Assembly (NCBI GenBank): GCA_951406725.2 | Contig: OX597825.1 | Location: 36,456,001 to 36,520,000, forward strand | From: Octopus vulgaris | Taxonomy: Eukaryota | DNA: 64,000 bases | Direction of reading: 5' to 3' | Shown: positions 13,813 through 26,979 of the stretch, one piece after another | Layout of the letters: each line of letters opens with the position of its first letter | Numbering within the stretch: the first letter of the stretch is position 1 | The notes under the pieces: model-generated | What the model was told of the DNA's origin: nothing | What the model saw: the letters and a program-made list of their open reading frames with translations, nothing else | The model's database searches: none | Made by a program: the position numbers and the translations under genes

Positions 13813-14221
13813 TACTTGAACTTCCTGAAAAACGTGATATTCACAATTTTGTTATACACAAATATTATGAATAAGCAATAGTTTTGTACATTTACTACTA
13901 AATTGTTTGAAAGATAGTTAGCCTTACTTGCTCATGAGAAATGCACCGGTATTTTTTCATCTGAGGTACGCCATGTAGACAAAAAGATTGAAAACCACTG
14001 CGGTAGAGCGTAATTTGAGAGATTTTTTTTACTGTTTGAGTGAACACTTTGTTTGCGTGCGCGCGAGTGTATTTGTAGAAACATGACTAACTTTTAAAAA
14101 TGTTCTAAAGGCTTTAAAAAGTTACAAAGGTTATATTTCATTGAAATAGCTGCAAAGAAAGATGTGCCATTAGTCCAACAAACAACACCTGATGTCTTGT
14201 TTGAAAATCTTAGTGAATTTC

Positions 14222-14324
14222 TCATTGAATTTTCATAAGAGAATACAAGAGTGGTTCTCTGTTGTCTTTCTTCGAGTATTTTCTCACATCATAGTATCGG
14301 CTGCGGTTAATACTGAGACGAAAT
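14222..14324 (-). CDS. Candidate alternative terminal exon (phase 2): (R)FRLSINRSRYYDVRKYSKKDNREPLLYSLMKIQ*
   Basis: Acceptor tcttcctctag| then 33 codons to TGA in non-repetitive sequence; no homology evidence. Confidence 0.25.
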
Positions 14325-14360
14325 CTAGAGGAAGATTTGTCCATTTAATCGATTTCCAGT

Positions 14361-14494
14361 TCTTGACAAGTAATTTTGTGTTAGAATCTTGACAAGTAAT
14401 TTTGTGTTCGAATCTTGACAGGTACATTTTGTGTTCGAATCTTGACAGGTAATTTTGTGTTCGAATCTTGACAGGTACATTTTGTGTTCGAATC
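14361..14494. repeat. Minisatellite, 5 x 26-27 bp (tcttgacaRgta(c)attttgtgttcgaa)
   Basis: Head-to-tail units without spacers. Confidence 0.95.
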
Positions 14495-14756
14495 GGAGCA
14501 AACTTGAGACTAAACTACAACGACGACAAAAATATTATCATCCTAGCATGATAATGATTTCAAAGATTGGCCTATGGTTTAGGGGATCAGAGCTGTGTAA
14601 TCGACTATATCGATTTCGAAGTTAAAATTTTTTTTTTTTACTGGTATTTCATGTTATTAACCTTGAGAGTATGAAAGGGAAAGCCGATCTCGGTAGGGTT
14701 TGAACTCTAAATGTAAAAGGACAAGAATGTACTGAAAAGGTTTACAACCTACCATA

Positions 14757-14821
<65 letters not shown>

Positions 14822-15222
14822 ATAGCAGTAGCAGCAGTAGTAGTGTTAGTAGTAGTTGTAGTAGAGACTTTGCATCTTGCAGCTTATTATTCAATCTTAT
14901 TCTTACAAGACAGCTCTTGTTTGAAAAATAAGAAAAAGAAGCTATTATATTTTCTGTTCTTTCCTCGAGGTGGTGTTTTGTGATTTTTTTCAAATTCATT
15001 TTTGTAATTTTTTTCATTCTATATTTATTCCCGTCCCTACCATTCTTTCTTTGAATTATTATTCTATTTTTCAATGGGGCGGTCTCTTTTTTTTTGCTTC
15101 TCTTTTCATTTCTCTCTCTCCTTTTCTTTTTCTCCCCTTTCTCTCTTTCTCTTTTTCTCTAATGTCAGCAAGACAGCGACGAAGTAAGTGATAGATCATA
15201 TTTTCATACTTTCATACTTTTT

Positions 15223-15316
15223 TCAACAAACGTTTGATAACTGGCAGAGATACTTTGAGTGCATTGGTAATGGTTCAGTAATATTTCGCTGAAGCCGTGG
15301 AACCACTGGTGGTGGT
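15223..15316 (-). CDS. Candidate terminal exon (phase 2): (R)PPPVVPRLQRNITEPLPMHSKYLCQLSNVC*
   Basis: Long polypyrimidine tract ending ..atacttttccgccag|, GC-richer unique sequence, protein-like peptide. The phase-1 frame (HHQWFHGF..MKV*) is also open. Confidence 0.4.
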
Positions 15317-15480
15317 CTGGCGGAAAAGTATTGGAGCGGAGAGAGCAAGAAAGGGAGAGAGGGGGGAGAGAAAGAGAGAGAGATGTTGGTGAAGTGGAGG
15401 GGATTGTACATTTTGACAAGAGACAAAATGAAAACGTGTAAGAGTATGCATGTAAGTATTTGTGTGCGTATGAGAGAAAG

Positions 15481-15559
<79 letters not shown>

Positions 15560-16891
15560 GGGAGAGAGAGAGAAAATGGGAGTTAAGTCTCGCCACAACA
15601 AACACACTTAAGTCATACGTCAAACATTACCGAAAAACAGTTGATATCACTGAGTTCCTATGAGAGAAAAACAAAACAAAATGTAAATATAAAAATAAAG
15701 GATTAAACAAAACGACAAACTTGGGTGTCTTAAGGGGAAAAGATTATGTTTGGGTGAAGTGAGGTATGTTACCGATTATAATGGAGAGAGAGGTAAGCTA
15801 TGTAGGGTGGTGGTGGTGGTGATGGGTGGGTAGGTGGGTTATGTACTGTTTCCAAACAAAGGAACACTGTTGGATAAGGGAATAGATAAAATGCTAGACC
15901 GATCTTTTAATGGATGAAACACGTTGACCTCCCCACCACCAGCTCTATCACCTTACTACCCCTCCCCGCAAAATAGGTAATTTTGCCCACCACCCATGGT
16001 AGTTCCTTCTTTTGTCCACTCTCACCACTACCACCATCACCACCATCGCCAGCACCACCACCACCACCACCACCACCACCACCACCACCATTGCCACCAC
16101 CACCACCACCACCACCACCACTACCACCGCCATTACCACCATTATCACCATCGCTACCACCACCCCGTAAGTCTTACATTTTACCATTACTATCACCATT
16201 TCTTTTAATTTCACTTCTAATCCCCCATCACCACCATTACCACTCCCTCAGTATTACATTTTAACACTGCTAAGCGCTAGTTTTACCTTTAAACATTACT
16301 AACCGTTACCAATATCGCTACGAGCACCACTACCTCCACCACCACCACCAGCACCACCACCAGCACCACCACCAGCCTAACTCTTACACTTCACCGTCAC
16401 TACCACCACTCTTAGCTTCACATTTATCCATTACCTGTACCACTGCCACCAACTTTTACTATCAATACAATTCCTCTTAATCTCGCATTTTACTAACACT
16501 CGCCATCGTTACTACACATCGTCTCACATCTGACCGCCATACAACCGCCGCTGCCATTAATTTCATGTTACCACTACTGTGATCACTACGAGTTTAATAT
16601 CACATTTTACTCCTAACAGCACCACCACTACCAATTGCATCCTGTATTTAACCCTTCCTCCTGGTCTAACATTGTACTGCCTAAGCTTCATGGAACGGAG
16701 TTCTTCTATGAGGATACATGTACGATAGAGTCATATCCATGTAATATGAAATATGTATGTAATATAAGTGAATTAAATGAGGATATCCAGATAATTAGAA
16801 TGCAAAATATTCTTCCGGGAGAGTTTAAAATCTAGAGATAACAAGCAAGGATGATAACTCCAACAGAATCAATGGACTGAAATTTTATTAG

Positions 16892-17261
16892 CCCTTTCAA
16901 CGCGAAAGTGGATATATCCGCTCAAACTTTTATTACCGTCAACGATGGAAAGTGGTTTTACCGTATGCGTTTGAGAAGAAAAAAAAAGATTCGGTATGCT
17001 ACAAGAAATGGAAACACCCCCAATGACACTTCTTACAAAAGACAATTTTTTCAGATCTTGTTAATTTTTACCTCGTGTTTCATCAACTCTCTCTTCACAG
17101 AGCAAGAATCAAATGTAGTGATGGATGAGAAAACCGTACCTACGGGAGATACTAGAAAAGCATTGCTGAAGCAGAAAATATTATTATTATTATTTTTCTT
17201 TTTGTGGATTTTTAAAATCATTACGGGAACGACCATGAAATTTAATTACGCAGTCAAAGGG
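16892..17261. mobile_element. piggyBac-like MITE, decayed
   Basis: Ends ttag|ccctttcaacgcg ... cgcagtcaaaggg|ttaa. Confidence 0.55.
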
Positions 17262-17537
17262 TTAAGAAATAGAAAATAAAATGGACAGCCTCAGTCAACT
17301 GAAGTTTTTCAGTTTGCTAATTTACATATTAGCAGAGCTATTCGACATTACCCAAGCGCCAACTGCATAGACTTTTTTTTTTTCATTTTGGGCGTGAAAC
17401 CGCAAATTATAGCAACGTTAAATTAATTAATCAAGTTAGTGATTTAAAACTTATGAGCTTATTTCCATCCTGGTAAACAAAAATAAAAAAAAGAAAGAAA
17501 GAAGGAAAAAGAAAAGGGATAAAATAAACTTCATTAA

Positions 17538-19000
17538 CCCTTGGTCTACCAGAGAAATTGCATGTCACTAATTACCAACTGGGTCCAATGAATCCAATAT
17601 TTCTCTCCGCCAAGGAAGGAGGTTATGTTTTTCTTTTAATTAAATTTTATTCAAACTACCACTATTTCTTATCTACATTATATATGCTTTCAGGTGAATG
17701 AAGAATTACAGCTTACAGAATATATTATAATAATATTTTAATAAAATAAAGAATATATTATAAATTAAGAAAAATTACAAAAATACAGAATTACAACTCT
17801 TCATGGCAGTGAATGCAGACAACATTGGAATGTTCTTGGCAAACATGGATATTACAATACTTACATGTAGTACGAGGTTTCCTGTTTATTTTTGGTCCAC
17901 ACAAAGAGCATCTTCCTTTTTGCTTTGGTTGAGGAATCTCAAATGAGGTTGAAGATCATCTTCTTTTCTTGTTTGGTTGAGAAATGTTAGCGGAACTAGA
18001 AGATTGTTTGTCATGTTCTTTCGCATTAACTCCAGCAAGTCCTTTTCCTAACTTCTTTTATCCTTGAAACTTTGCAAGTGAAGCTGTTTAGCAACAATGA
18101 AAGCATTCACTGCACTTATATTACTTATGTTGTGGAATATAACTATAGGCCATCTTCGCAAGTGTATGCCCTTGCCATCTTATCTAGGGTATCTACTCCT
18201 CCTTTTATTTTGCTGTAACATGTAATGATTTCAGATTTATTTTCAGCTCTTTTTGAATCAATTGAAGGCTGAGAGCGGATTGTACTCATAAATGTGACTA
18301 CATAATTTTTCTTGGGACAATAAGACAGGATCATAGAATCCTTTTGAAATCCAAATATTGTGCTGTTGATTTCTCTTTCTTTTCCATTTGTGAAAACAAT
18401 TGGAAATTCAACTCTGTTCTTTCTAATTGTTCCAACTGAAGTAGTTTTCTTGCTAAGTAGCTTTTGGCCCAATCCTAGACTTGTAAAAAAAAATTATCAC
18501 AAGTAATATTGCGACTAGTATTTTCAAGTTCTTTTACTAGGTCTTCAACAACTCCTGAAACTTGATTTGTCTCTCTCACTTTTACTGGGTCTTCTCCGGT
18601 GTAGATTTGCATTTTCCAGGCATAAGATGTTTCTTGTCTGTCTCTAGAAACATATTGCTCATTCATAATTGGGTGGCTTGCAGGTAATTGTTTTTGAGTA
18701 TCTTCATCATCTGATGACACAGAACCTAAACTGTCCAGCACACAATCACTTTCACCATCATCTTCAGAGCAATAGAAGCGATCTTCTTCCCATTCTTCAT
18801 CTAATTCCTATAACCGTTTCGATATTTGGTCTTCACTCAAGTTTTCGCGTCTAGGCATATTGGAAAGCACAACTGAACTACATGAAACATGATATCAAGG
18901 AAAATAATATTTGATATTGCTTTTATTGCTCAGAATGACAAGAGTGTTGTCTGAATTTAATTCGAGGGCCTAATGAACCCATACGGTAATTAATGTATAA
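17538..19000 (-). mobile_element. Decayed, internally deleted piggyBac (PGBD4-like) element
   Basis: TTAA|CCC left end. Fragments NITCDNFF, VGTIRKNR and YSKIKGGVDTLDKM (DDD motifs), plus a Cys-rich C-terminus RCSLC..TTCKYCNIHVCQEH. Subterminal inverted repeats at about 17570 and 18990; multiple stops and frameshifts. Confidence 0.9.
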
Positions 19001-19124
19001 AGTGAAAGGTGTATTACCTTCGAACTCGGGCATCTATCGACATTTTTACTTTCTGACAATATATTAATAATCCATTTTTGTAGCAATTTTCAGAGATACG
19101 TTTCGAAACTGTGGGTTATTCTTT

Positions 19125-19304
19125 TATTCTTTTACTGGAGCACCGCCTTAAAGGGTTATAGTTGAAGAAATCGACTTATTCTTTAAAAGCCGAGTACTTA
19201 TTTTATCGGTTTCTTTTGCTGAACCACTAGGTTACGGGGCCATAAACATACCAGCATCGGTTGTCAAGTGATGGCAGGGGGACAAACACAGACACACACA
19301 CATA

Positions 19305-19369
<65 letters not shown>

Positions 19370-19535
19370 GACGGGCTTCTTTCAGTTTCCATCAACCAAA
19401 TCCACTCACAAGGCTTTAGTCAGCCCGAGGCTAAAGTAGAAGATAATTACCCAAGGTGCCACGCAGTGGGACTGAACTCGGAATCATGTGGTTGGTAAGC
19501 AAGCTTCTTACCACACAGCCCCTCCTGCGCCTGTG
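19125..19535 (-). mobile_element. Full-length SINE family B (tRNA head, CORE-like ccttgggYaa segment, internal microsatellite, tail)
   Basis: Reverse complement reads ggcgcaggaggggctgtgtggtaagaagcttgc..gagttcagtcccactgcgtggcaccttggg..gaaactgaaagaagcccgtcg-(TA)n(CA)n-tail. Confidence 0.9.
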
Positions 19536-21011
19536 ATTATGATTATGTTTTAACCTTTTCTTTATCTTGTTTCAATCATAGGACTGCGCCATACTGAAGC
19601 ACCGTCCTGAAAGGATGAGTTGAACCGAACAGATCGACCGCAGTACATATTTATAATTTTGATTCTCTTTTGCGGAACAACTAAGTTATATTGACGTAAA
19701 CAAACCAACACTGGTGGTTGTGAAGCAGTGGACGGGGGACAAACACAAATATACAAATACGCCGTGTGTGTTTGCGACCCGGCCGAGCATCACAATATGA
19801 AATGTAGGGATATGGTTTCAAATTTTGGTACAAGGCCAGCAAGTTCGGGGTTATGTTGATCACATCGACCCCAATGTTCAACTGGTACTTATTTCATCGA
19901 CTCCCCGAAAAGAAGAAAGGCAAAGTTGACCTGGGCGGAATTTGAACTCAGAACGTGAAGGCGGACGAAATGAGACTAAGCATTTTGCTCGGTGTGCTGA
20001 CGATTCGTCAGCTCGCCGCCTTGAAACATATGGATATTACTTCAGGAAGAACTTCGACCCTGTTTTTCTTTTCCTTCACGCATTATTCTGGGAAGATTTC
20101 AAGTATGTTAGCAAATTTTGGTGAAGTTTCGTTGAGAAATTGCCGAGTTATTTCAGGAAAAACATCAACACTTAAACATAACTGTGGTACCCTACAGAAT
20201 TTATATTTAGCAGGCAGAATATTCTCTGGGGTATCTTTCCTCGACTAACTTGTCATCTATGGAAAGTTTGTCGTTCGAGTGATGAATCTGTAAATCTGTA
20301 AACACGTGATCAACTGTGTTATGACCGCAATTTTCCAAACTTGTGTTAACAAGAAGGAAAAGAATGCTTAGTAACCTTATTAGTTTCCTATGAATCCCGA
20401 ACCCGTTGATATTGGTGCTTTTGCAGTTTAGTTCCAGGTCAGCAATTCTCCATAAAATCTATGATCATTCCGGCTGCGACCACATTTTTTTTTTAGAGAT
20501 GGTGTTCGTGTTCAATGCGTCTTTCCCTTTTGTGTGACATAAGTAGATTGAGGTCAATTTGGTTGGTATTTCTAGCAGAACGAGCGGCCAAGTAGAGGTT
20601 TCCGTGTTGGTTTATCGTTGCTACTGTTATTAAACAGTGACAATTTTAAGAATGAGATTAGCAAAGTTTCAGACCTACATCTGAAACCCAAGGGACTTAA
20701 AACACTGTTGTCAGTTCCTTTTTTACGAATGCCATGGTTTTAACAGATACACTATAATATATTTTTCATATGTGTTTGATATGGGTATTTACATGAATTC
20801 TGCTTCAAAGCAGAAAAGTTTCTTATTGACAAACACAACAACTTTTTGTAGAACAAACCTATTTTATGAACTCCAGAGAAATAGAAAGTAAACTCAGAAC
20901 TACAAGGGTATGGGCTATAAAATTATATAAAGAATCGTTTCTTATTTTTCGGGGGAGTACTATTGACATTGCCATCGAACATATACAAAATTTCTAATAT
21001 AGAATCAAGAG

Positions 21012-21425
21012 AAGGTGGTGAACTGGCAGAGACGTTAGCACGCCAGGCGAAATGCTTAGCGGTATTTCGTTCTGAGTTCAAATTTCGCCGAGGTCGACTT
21101 TGCCTTTCATCCCTTTCAGGGTCGATAGGTTGAGTACCAGCTGCGTACAGGGGTCGATCTAATCGACTGGCCCCTCTCCAAGAATTTTGGGCCTTGCGTC
21201 TAGAGTAGAAAAGAGTAGAGCATCAAGGGTAGGCGGCGAGCGGGTGGAATGCTTAACGGCATTTCGTCCGTTTTTACTGTCCGAGCTAAAATTCTGCCGA
21301 GGTTTACTCTGCCTTTCATCCTTTCAGGGTCGATAAAATAAGTACCAGTTGAACAATGCGGTCGATGTCATCGACTTATGCCCCTGCCCGAAATTGCTGG
21401 CCTTGTGCCAAAATTTGAAATCAGT
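21012..21425 (+). mobile_element. Two adjacent SINE family A copies
   Basis: Two heads (about 21013 and 21231), each followed by the gcctttcatcc..gtcgata..agtaccag core. Confidence 0.85.
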
Positions 21426-21705
21426 ACAGAAGCAAGAGCACACGTTTTTGAATAGCAGGGGTATATAATTGATGAAGTCTCCAGTTTATAAAATTGAAAC
21501 TTAGTTTATAGACCCTGGAAGTATGAAAGGTAAAATTCACTTGGATGGGATTTGAAATCAGGATCTAAACAAAGACAACCGAATATTGTGAAGCAGAACT
21601 ATTAAGAATTATAGAGGGACGTGTGTTACTCGAGTAAAGCGGTATATATGTTGAAGACATTATACGCGTTCGTAAATTCTGCCCGATCTTTCAGATATAG
21701 CTTCC

Positions 21706-21763
21706 TCACATTTCAGTGTGAGGCTCATCACCATGCTCATAATCTTTATCAGTTCCTGTACCT
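21706..21763 (-). CDS. Candidate terminal exon (phase 2): (R)GTGTDKDYEHGDEPHTEM*
   Basis: Acceptor ..atcaccacccag| in a GC-richer unique island; ends T-E-M, which is class I PDZ-ligand-like. Confidence 0.25.
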
Positions 21764-22042
21764 CTGGGTGGTGATCCGGACCGGAACAGACCAGAAATGC
21801 AACCCGACCGGGTCCGTCAATCTAGCACCTCATGAAGCTGGTTAGCGGTTTAGACTAGACTCCCCAAGTGTGAATTGCAAGCCTACCATCTTTCCGGGTT
21901 AATTTACATTAATCTATGTTCCTGTCACAAGCTCATGTTCCTTTAGAACTGCGGATTAATTTGTTAATTTATGCTCCAGACACAGTCTTGTGTTCCTTTA
22001 GAGCTGTGCCAATTATCTTAATCTCCGTAATAGTCGACAACT

Positions 22043-22118
22043 TTATGATGACATCATCTGTTTAAGCCGATGTGGTTTCCTTCTTCGAGTCCCAGTTCGA
22101 ACAGATGCTTCTTTGCAA
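22043..22118 (-). CDS. Candidate terminal exon: phase 2 (S)CKEASVRTGTRRRKPHRLKQMMSS* or phase 1 AKKHLFELGLEEGNHIGLNR*
   Basis: Pyrimidine tract tttctttttctcattcttttcccttttt..aactatag| precedes unique GC-richer sequence. Confidence 0.3.
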
Positions 22119-22777
22119 CTATAGTTTCGGCAGTAAAGTTTCAAAAAGGGAAAAGAATGAGAAAAAGAAATTATACAGTAGTAATAAGAGACAACATACA
22201 TGCGAATCTAACTTGTGATTCAAAATAATTTTAGTTTGTGGTCATTTAATCGGACCATCGAGTAGATAGATGCCTTTGTACATTGAAGGAATAACAGCCT
22301 CGGAAAGCAGGACCGAAACCGGGTGTACAGAGTAAAGTTGGCAAGTAACGATGGTCGGACGGACATATCAAAAACCACTAATAATTTCGCTCGGTAAAAT
22401 TAGTGGAAGGATATGTGCATGTGTTTATGTGTGTGCGTGCGCGGTGTATGTGTGTGTGTGCGCGCGTGTGCGCACGCGCACGTAACTGTTTTGTTGGTAT
22501 TGTTGTTTTAGTTTTTCAAAATTCCCGTTGCTCGTAAATTGATATAGTGATGAACGATGCAAGGCAAACGAAGCCGTTCTAATTACTTTTAGGGCCGCCA
22601 TATTGGAATAGGGTGAGGTCGAAGCTACGCAGCAACAAAAGAAGGTTCATAAATAAAATGTAAGAAAAGAACTACACGAAATTCCTCAGCATCTGATTAT
22701 ATAAGAAGGGATAAAGAATAAAGAGAGCAGCAGTATCATGTTTGTGAAGGTTTTCAACACCTACTTAGTATGTATAT

Positions 22778-22932
22778 CAGTGGTTCCCAATCTTTTCACT
22801 ACCAAGGACCCCCTTTTATTTAAATGAGTTTTCCCACGGACCCCAGGATATTGAAAGGTCTGTCAGCTTAACATGTTCACAGACCCCACCCAGCCAGTAA
22901 TACATTTGCGGACTACAGGTTGGGAACCACTG
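22778..22932. mobile_element. hAT (Charlie-like) MITE with perfect 8-bp TSD
   Basis: TIRs cagtggttcccaa / ttgggaaccactg; TSD atgtatat on both sides. Confidence 0.92.
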
Positions 22933-22964
22933 ATGTATATACACACACACACACGTGCACACGC

Positions 22965-23006
<42 letters not shown>

Positions 23007-23056
23007 ATATTATGCGTGTTTGTATATATATATATATATATATGTATATGTGTATA

Positions 23057-23098
<42 letters not shown>

Positions 23099-23167
23099 CA
23101 TATATGCATAATATGCAAATATATATTTACATATAACGTATATATATGTATGTATATATATATGTGT

Positions 23168-23219
<52 letters not shown>

Positions 23220-23628
23220 ATATATACATGTGTGTGTGAGTGTGTGTGTGTATATGCTTATATATATATACTCATATATGTATATACGCACACCACCGCA
23301 TCACTTCTGCTCCCACGTCAGCGAACACCATCACTTAAATCACCAGCACCAACACCACCGTCGCGAGCGCGATAAAAAACGTAACGCCGCGTCATTTACA
23401 ACGATTACGACGGCATGAAAAGCAAAAATAACACAAATGTCTCCTTGCTATATTCATTTTCTCACGTCGTGCCAGATGGAAGATTTTTTTCCCCTCATGA
23501 AAAAAAATCAGTGAACAATTGATATGAAAATATTGCATTATTGGGGTAAGTTGTGAGGGTGAGATATAAACTGTTACACTATTTGAACAATGGGAATATT
23601 GGAGCTAGTAAAATCACTACGGAATATT

Positions 23629-23683
<55 letters not shown>

Positions 23684-23875
23684 CAAAGTATTTGAAGTGG
23701 TGTACAGATATTGTATATTGGAATAAAGGAGGCAGTCAGAATTTTGGATAATCCTTTATTAGCGTCTTCGTTTGATTACGAACTCACGAAGACAAAATCA
23801 AAATGGTCCATTTTGATTTTGTCTTGATGAGTTCGTAAACGAACGAAAGCACTAATGATTATCCTCCTTTTTTCA

Positions 23876-23916
<41 letters not shown>

Positions 23917-24051
23917 AGATAATGGTGTCATTGAGACCAAAGGTGTCAGGTAATGCTTAATAAGTGCTATAGATAGACCATAGTTAAGTTCCAGATTCGG
24001 TAATATTGCGAATAAAGGGTTCAACTATGACTTAACTTTTCCTCTTACACC

Positions 24052-24106
24052 GTCTCCGAAGAAGGGATATTATTATTAATTAATATTCTAGAAACAGCTG
24101 TAAGAC
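24052..24106 (+). ncRNA. Decayed minimal Penelope-type hammerhead motif
   Basis: Stem I gtct/agac; core CCGAAGA (U4>C); stem II ggatatta/taatattc; GAA then palindromic ACAGCTGT; putative GUA site. Confidence 0.5.
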
Positions 24107-24347
24107 CTTCTATCTATAAATGCTCTAATATCATCTATACAACCTTGGCTTTTTTTATCGCATTACACAAAAAAATCATATATACCTATACATATATATA
24201 TATGTATGTCTGTATGTATATATATATATATCAGCCGAAATTGCGAGGATGATCCGGTTCTTGACTAAAGATTGAAGGCTTCGAAAGTCCCGTCCGTGTT
24301 TTTTGTATCGTCTTCTAAATGTTTTGCGTTCTTGTCCCAGTTTGTAT

Positions 24348-24468
<121 letters not shown>

Positions 24469-24877
24469 ACCAACTGTGTAATATATACACACATACACGT
24501 ACAGGTGCGAACATACAAACCTAAAAATCAATACATGCGTATGCTCTATATATTTTATCTTTGCCGTTTACTTGTCATAGACATTGGACTGCGGCCATGC
24601 TCGATCATGGCCTTGAAGGATTTTAGTCAAACAAATCGACGAATGTACTTTAAGAGTAGAACTTAGTCTGACAGATATCTTTTGTTGAACCACTAAGTTA
24701 CGGGGATGTAAACAAACCAACACCGGTGACAAGGTGGTGGTGGTGGTGGTGGAACACAGACACAAAGACACGCAGACACTCACGCATGTATGTATGTATG
24801 TATGTATGTATGTATGTATTTATGTATATATATATATGTGTGTGTGTATATATGTGTATATATATATATATATATAC

Positions 24878-24924
<47 letters not shown>

Positions 24925-25319
24925 CATACATACATATATATACACACACACATACATTCATGTATGAACTCATACCATGTGCATGTGCACTCAGCACACA
25001 CTGTGCACACAATACATCTGTGTGTGTGTGTTTCCTCTCCTGTATTCCTCTTCTTATTACACCCTCTCTCTCTCTCTCTCTATTCCCCCCTCTCTCTCTA
25101 GTTCACGCAGTTAACACAAATCCGACATTACACTTTCTTTATAAATCGTTAAAACCCTTAAAAATGGCATGACCCCATCACGCAATATCCTTTCCCCCAG
25201 AACAAAGACACATTGTATCTGTCTGTCTATGTAAGGAATGGCTAGTGTTAGAATTGCTTACATTGTTGACGTTGTAATTATATAATTATTTTGATTTTGT
25301 TATTATTTTCGACCTTTCT

Positions 25320-25400
<81 letters not shown>

Positions 25401-25541
25401 CAGTAGTAAATATTGATTATTGTTATTGTTATAGTTACAATGATGATGGTGTTGATGGTGGTAGTGTAGTCACAGTAGTAGAGAGTGTGACAATGATGAT
25501 AGTTATTGTGATAGTGGTGGTAGTGGAGTATTATCATTATT

Positions 25542-25572
<31 letters not shown>

Positions 25573-25580
25573 TTATTATT

Positions 25581-26140
25581 GAGTGAGGGAGCAGTTCATG
25601 CCATCAAAGTGACACTGGGGTAAAATATACGAAGCCCAATATACCCATCATGACTACCCGTCTGATAAGGGTACACCAGGCACATGCATCACAACCATAT
25701 GTGCGCGACATGGTGATCTCATATCAAGATAAACAGCACATGACCTTGCAGGTGGGGCCCTGTTAGAATTTTCTTCAGGTTGAGTAGCCCATCCCGCTCA
25801 AAAGGTCCCTGAATAAGAGTTGTTTAAGGATGTTGAAAGAACCACCCATGTTTCCAGAGGTGAATTATTCAAACCCCAAAGAATCCCTCTCAACACATGG
25901 CTATGATGCTCCCCCACTACTTCTGCTCGTGATCAGAGATGCACATATCGTCAGCCACTAAGGGACATGCTCAACTGGATAAAGTCAAACAACTGACAAG
26001 CAAATCTGTGTATTGAGCAGAATGTTTACTGTAGCCCATCTTTTATACCAAGACAAAACAATGTACATGATAACACTTCCAATCAGTTAAGATCAAAAGC
26101 CAAGAGAGCCACTGCCTGGTACTGCATCAGGGCATTTATT
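25581..26140. mobile_element. ~560-bp non-coding dispersed repeat (family D) embedded in (ATT)n
   Basis: Colinear second copy at 59199-59730 and an inverted fragment at about 40668-40845. Confidence 0.85.
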
Positions 26141-26979
26141 ATTATTATCATTATTAAGGCAGCGAGCTGGCAGAATCGTTTGCACGCCGAGCAAATATGT
26201 TTGGCGGCATTTCGTTCGTCTTTACATTCTGAGTTTGAATCCCGACGAGGTCGATTTTACCTCTCACCCTTTCGGGGTCGATAAAATAAGTACTAGTTAA
26301 ACCCTGGGGTCGATGGTAATTGACTAGTCCCTTCCTCCAAAATTTCAGGCCCTGTGCCTATAGCACAAAGGATTGTTATTCTTATTATTAGAGTTATGTA
26401 TTGGCACATTTGTTACAGCGTCAAATAGAATGCCTTACGATATTTCTTCTATCTCTAATGCTCTGAGCTCAAATCCCAGCCGAGGTCAACGTTGCCTTTT
26501 ATCCTTTCGCAGTCGAAAAAACTAAAAATATTAGTCAAGTACTAATTTAGAAATACAACCTTCAGAATTGTTGGCCAATATGAATGGCCTCATGCCTATG
26601 TAGGAAATCCTTATCATTTTTGTTGTATATTGCTTTCACATTTTAGCACAATGCCAGCAATTTCGGGGAAGTGGGTAAGTCGATTATATTGACCTTAATG
26701 TTCGACTGGTACTTATTTTATCGACCTCGAAAGGACCAAAAGCAAAGCCGAACTCGAACTCAGAATGTAAAGACGGACGAAATGTCGCCAAGAACTTTTC
26801 CCGGCGTGCTAACCATTTTACCAGCTCGCAGCCTTGTTTACTATTGCAAATTAACATGTATTAAAGTAGCTTTTCTTGCAGCTGATTGTTGTTCTAATTG
26901 TTGCTTAACCTCAGGTGAACCACGATCAAAAGCACACTTGTGATCAAAAGCATTCTAGCCATACTGATACCGTAATAAT

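Noticed and set aside
14361-14494. CRISPR-like ~26-bp repeats
   Set aside because: The units are contiguous with no spacers, there are no cas genes, and the context is eukaryotic: a minisatellite.
18143-18741. Domesticated PGBD gene
   Set aside because: Multiple stops, frameshifts and a large internal deletion, with a transposon end retained: a decayed element.
24255-24300. gactaaaga..ttcgaaagtc as another hammerhead
   Set aside because: The core is mutated and there is no convincing stem II or III.
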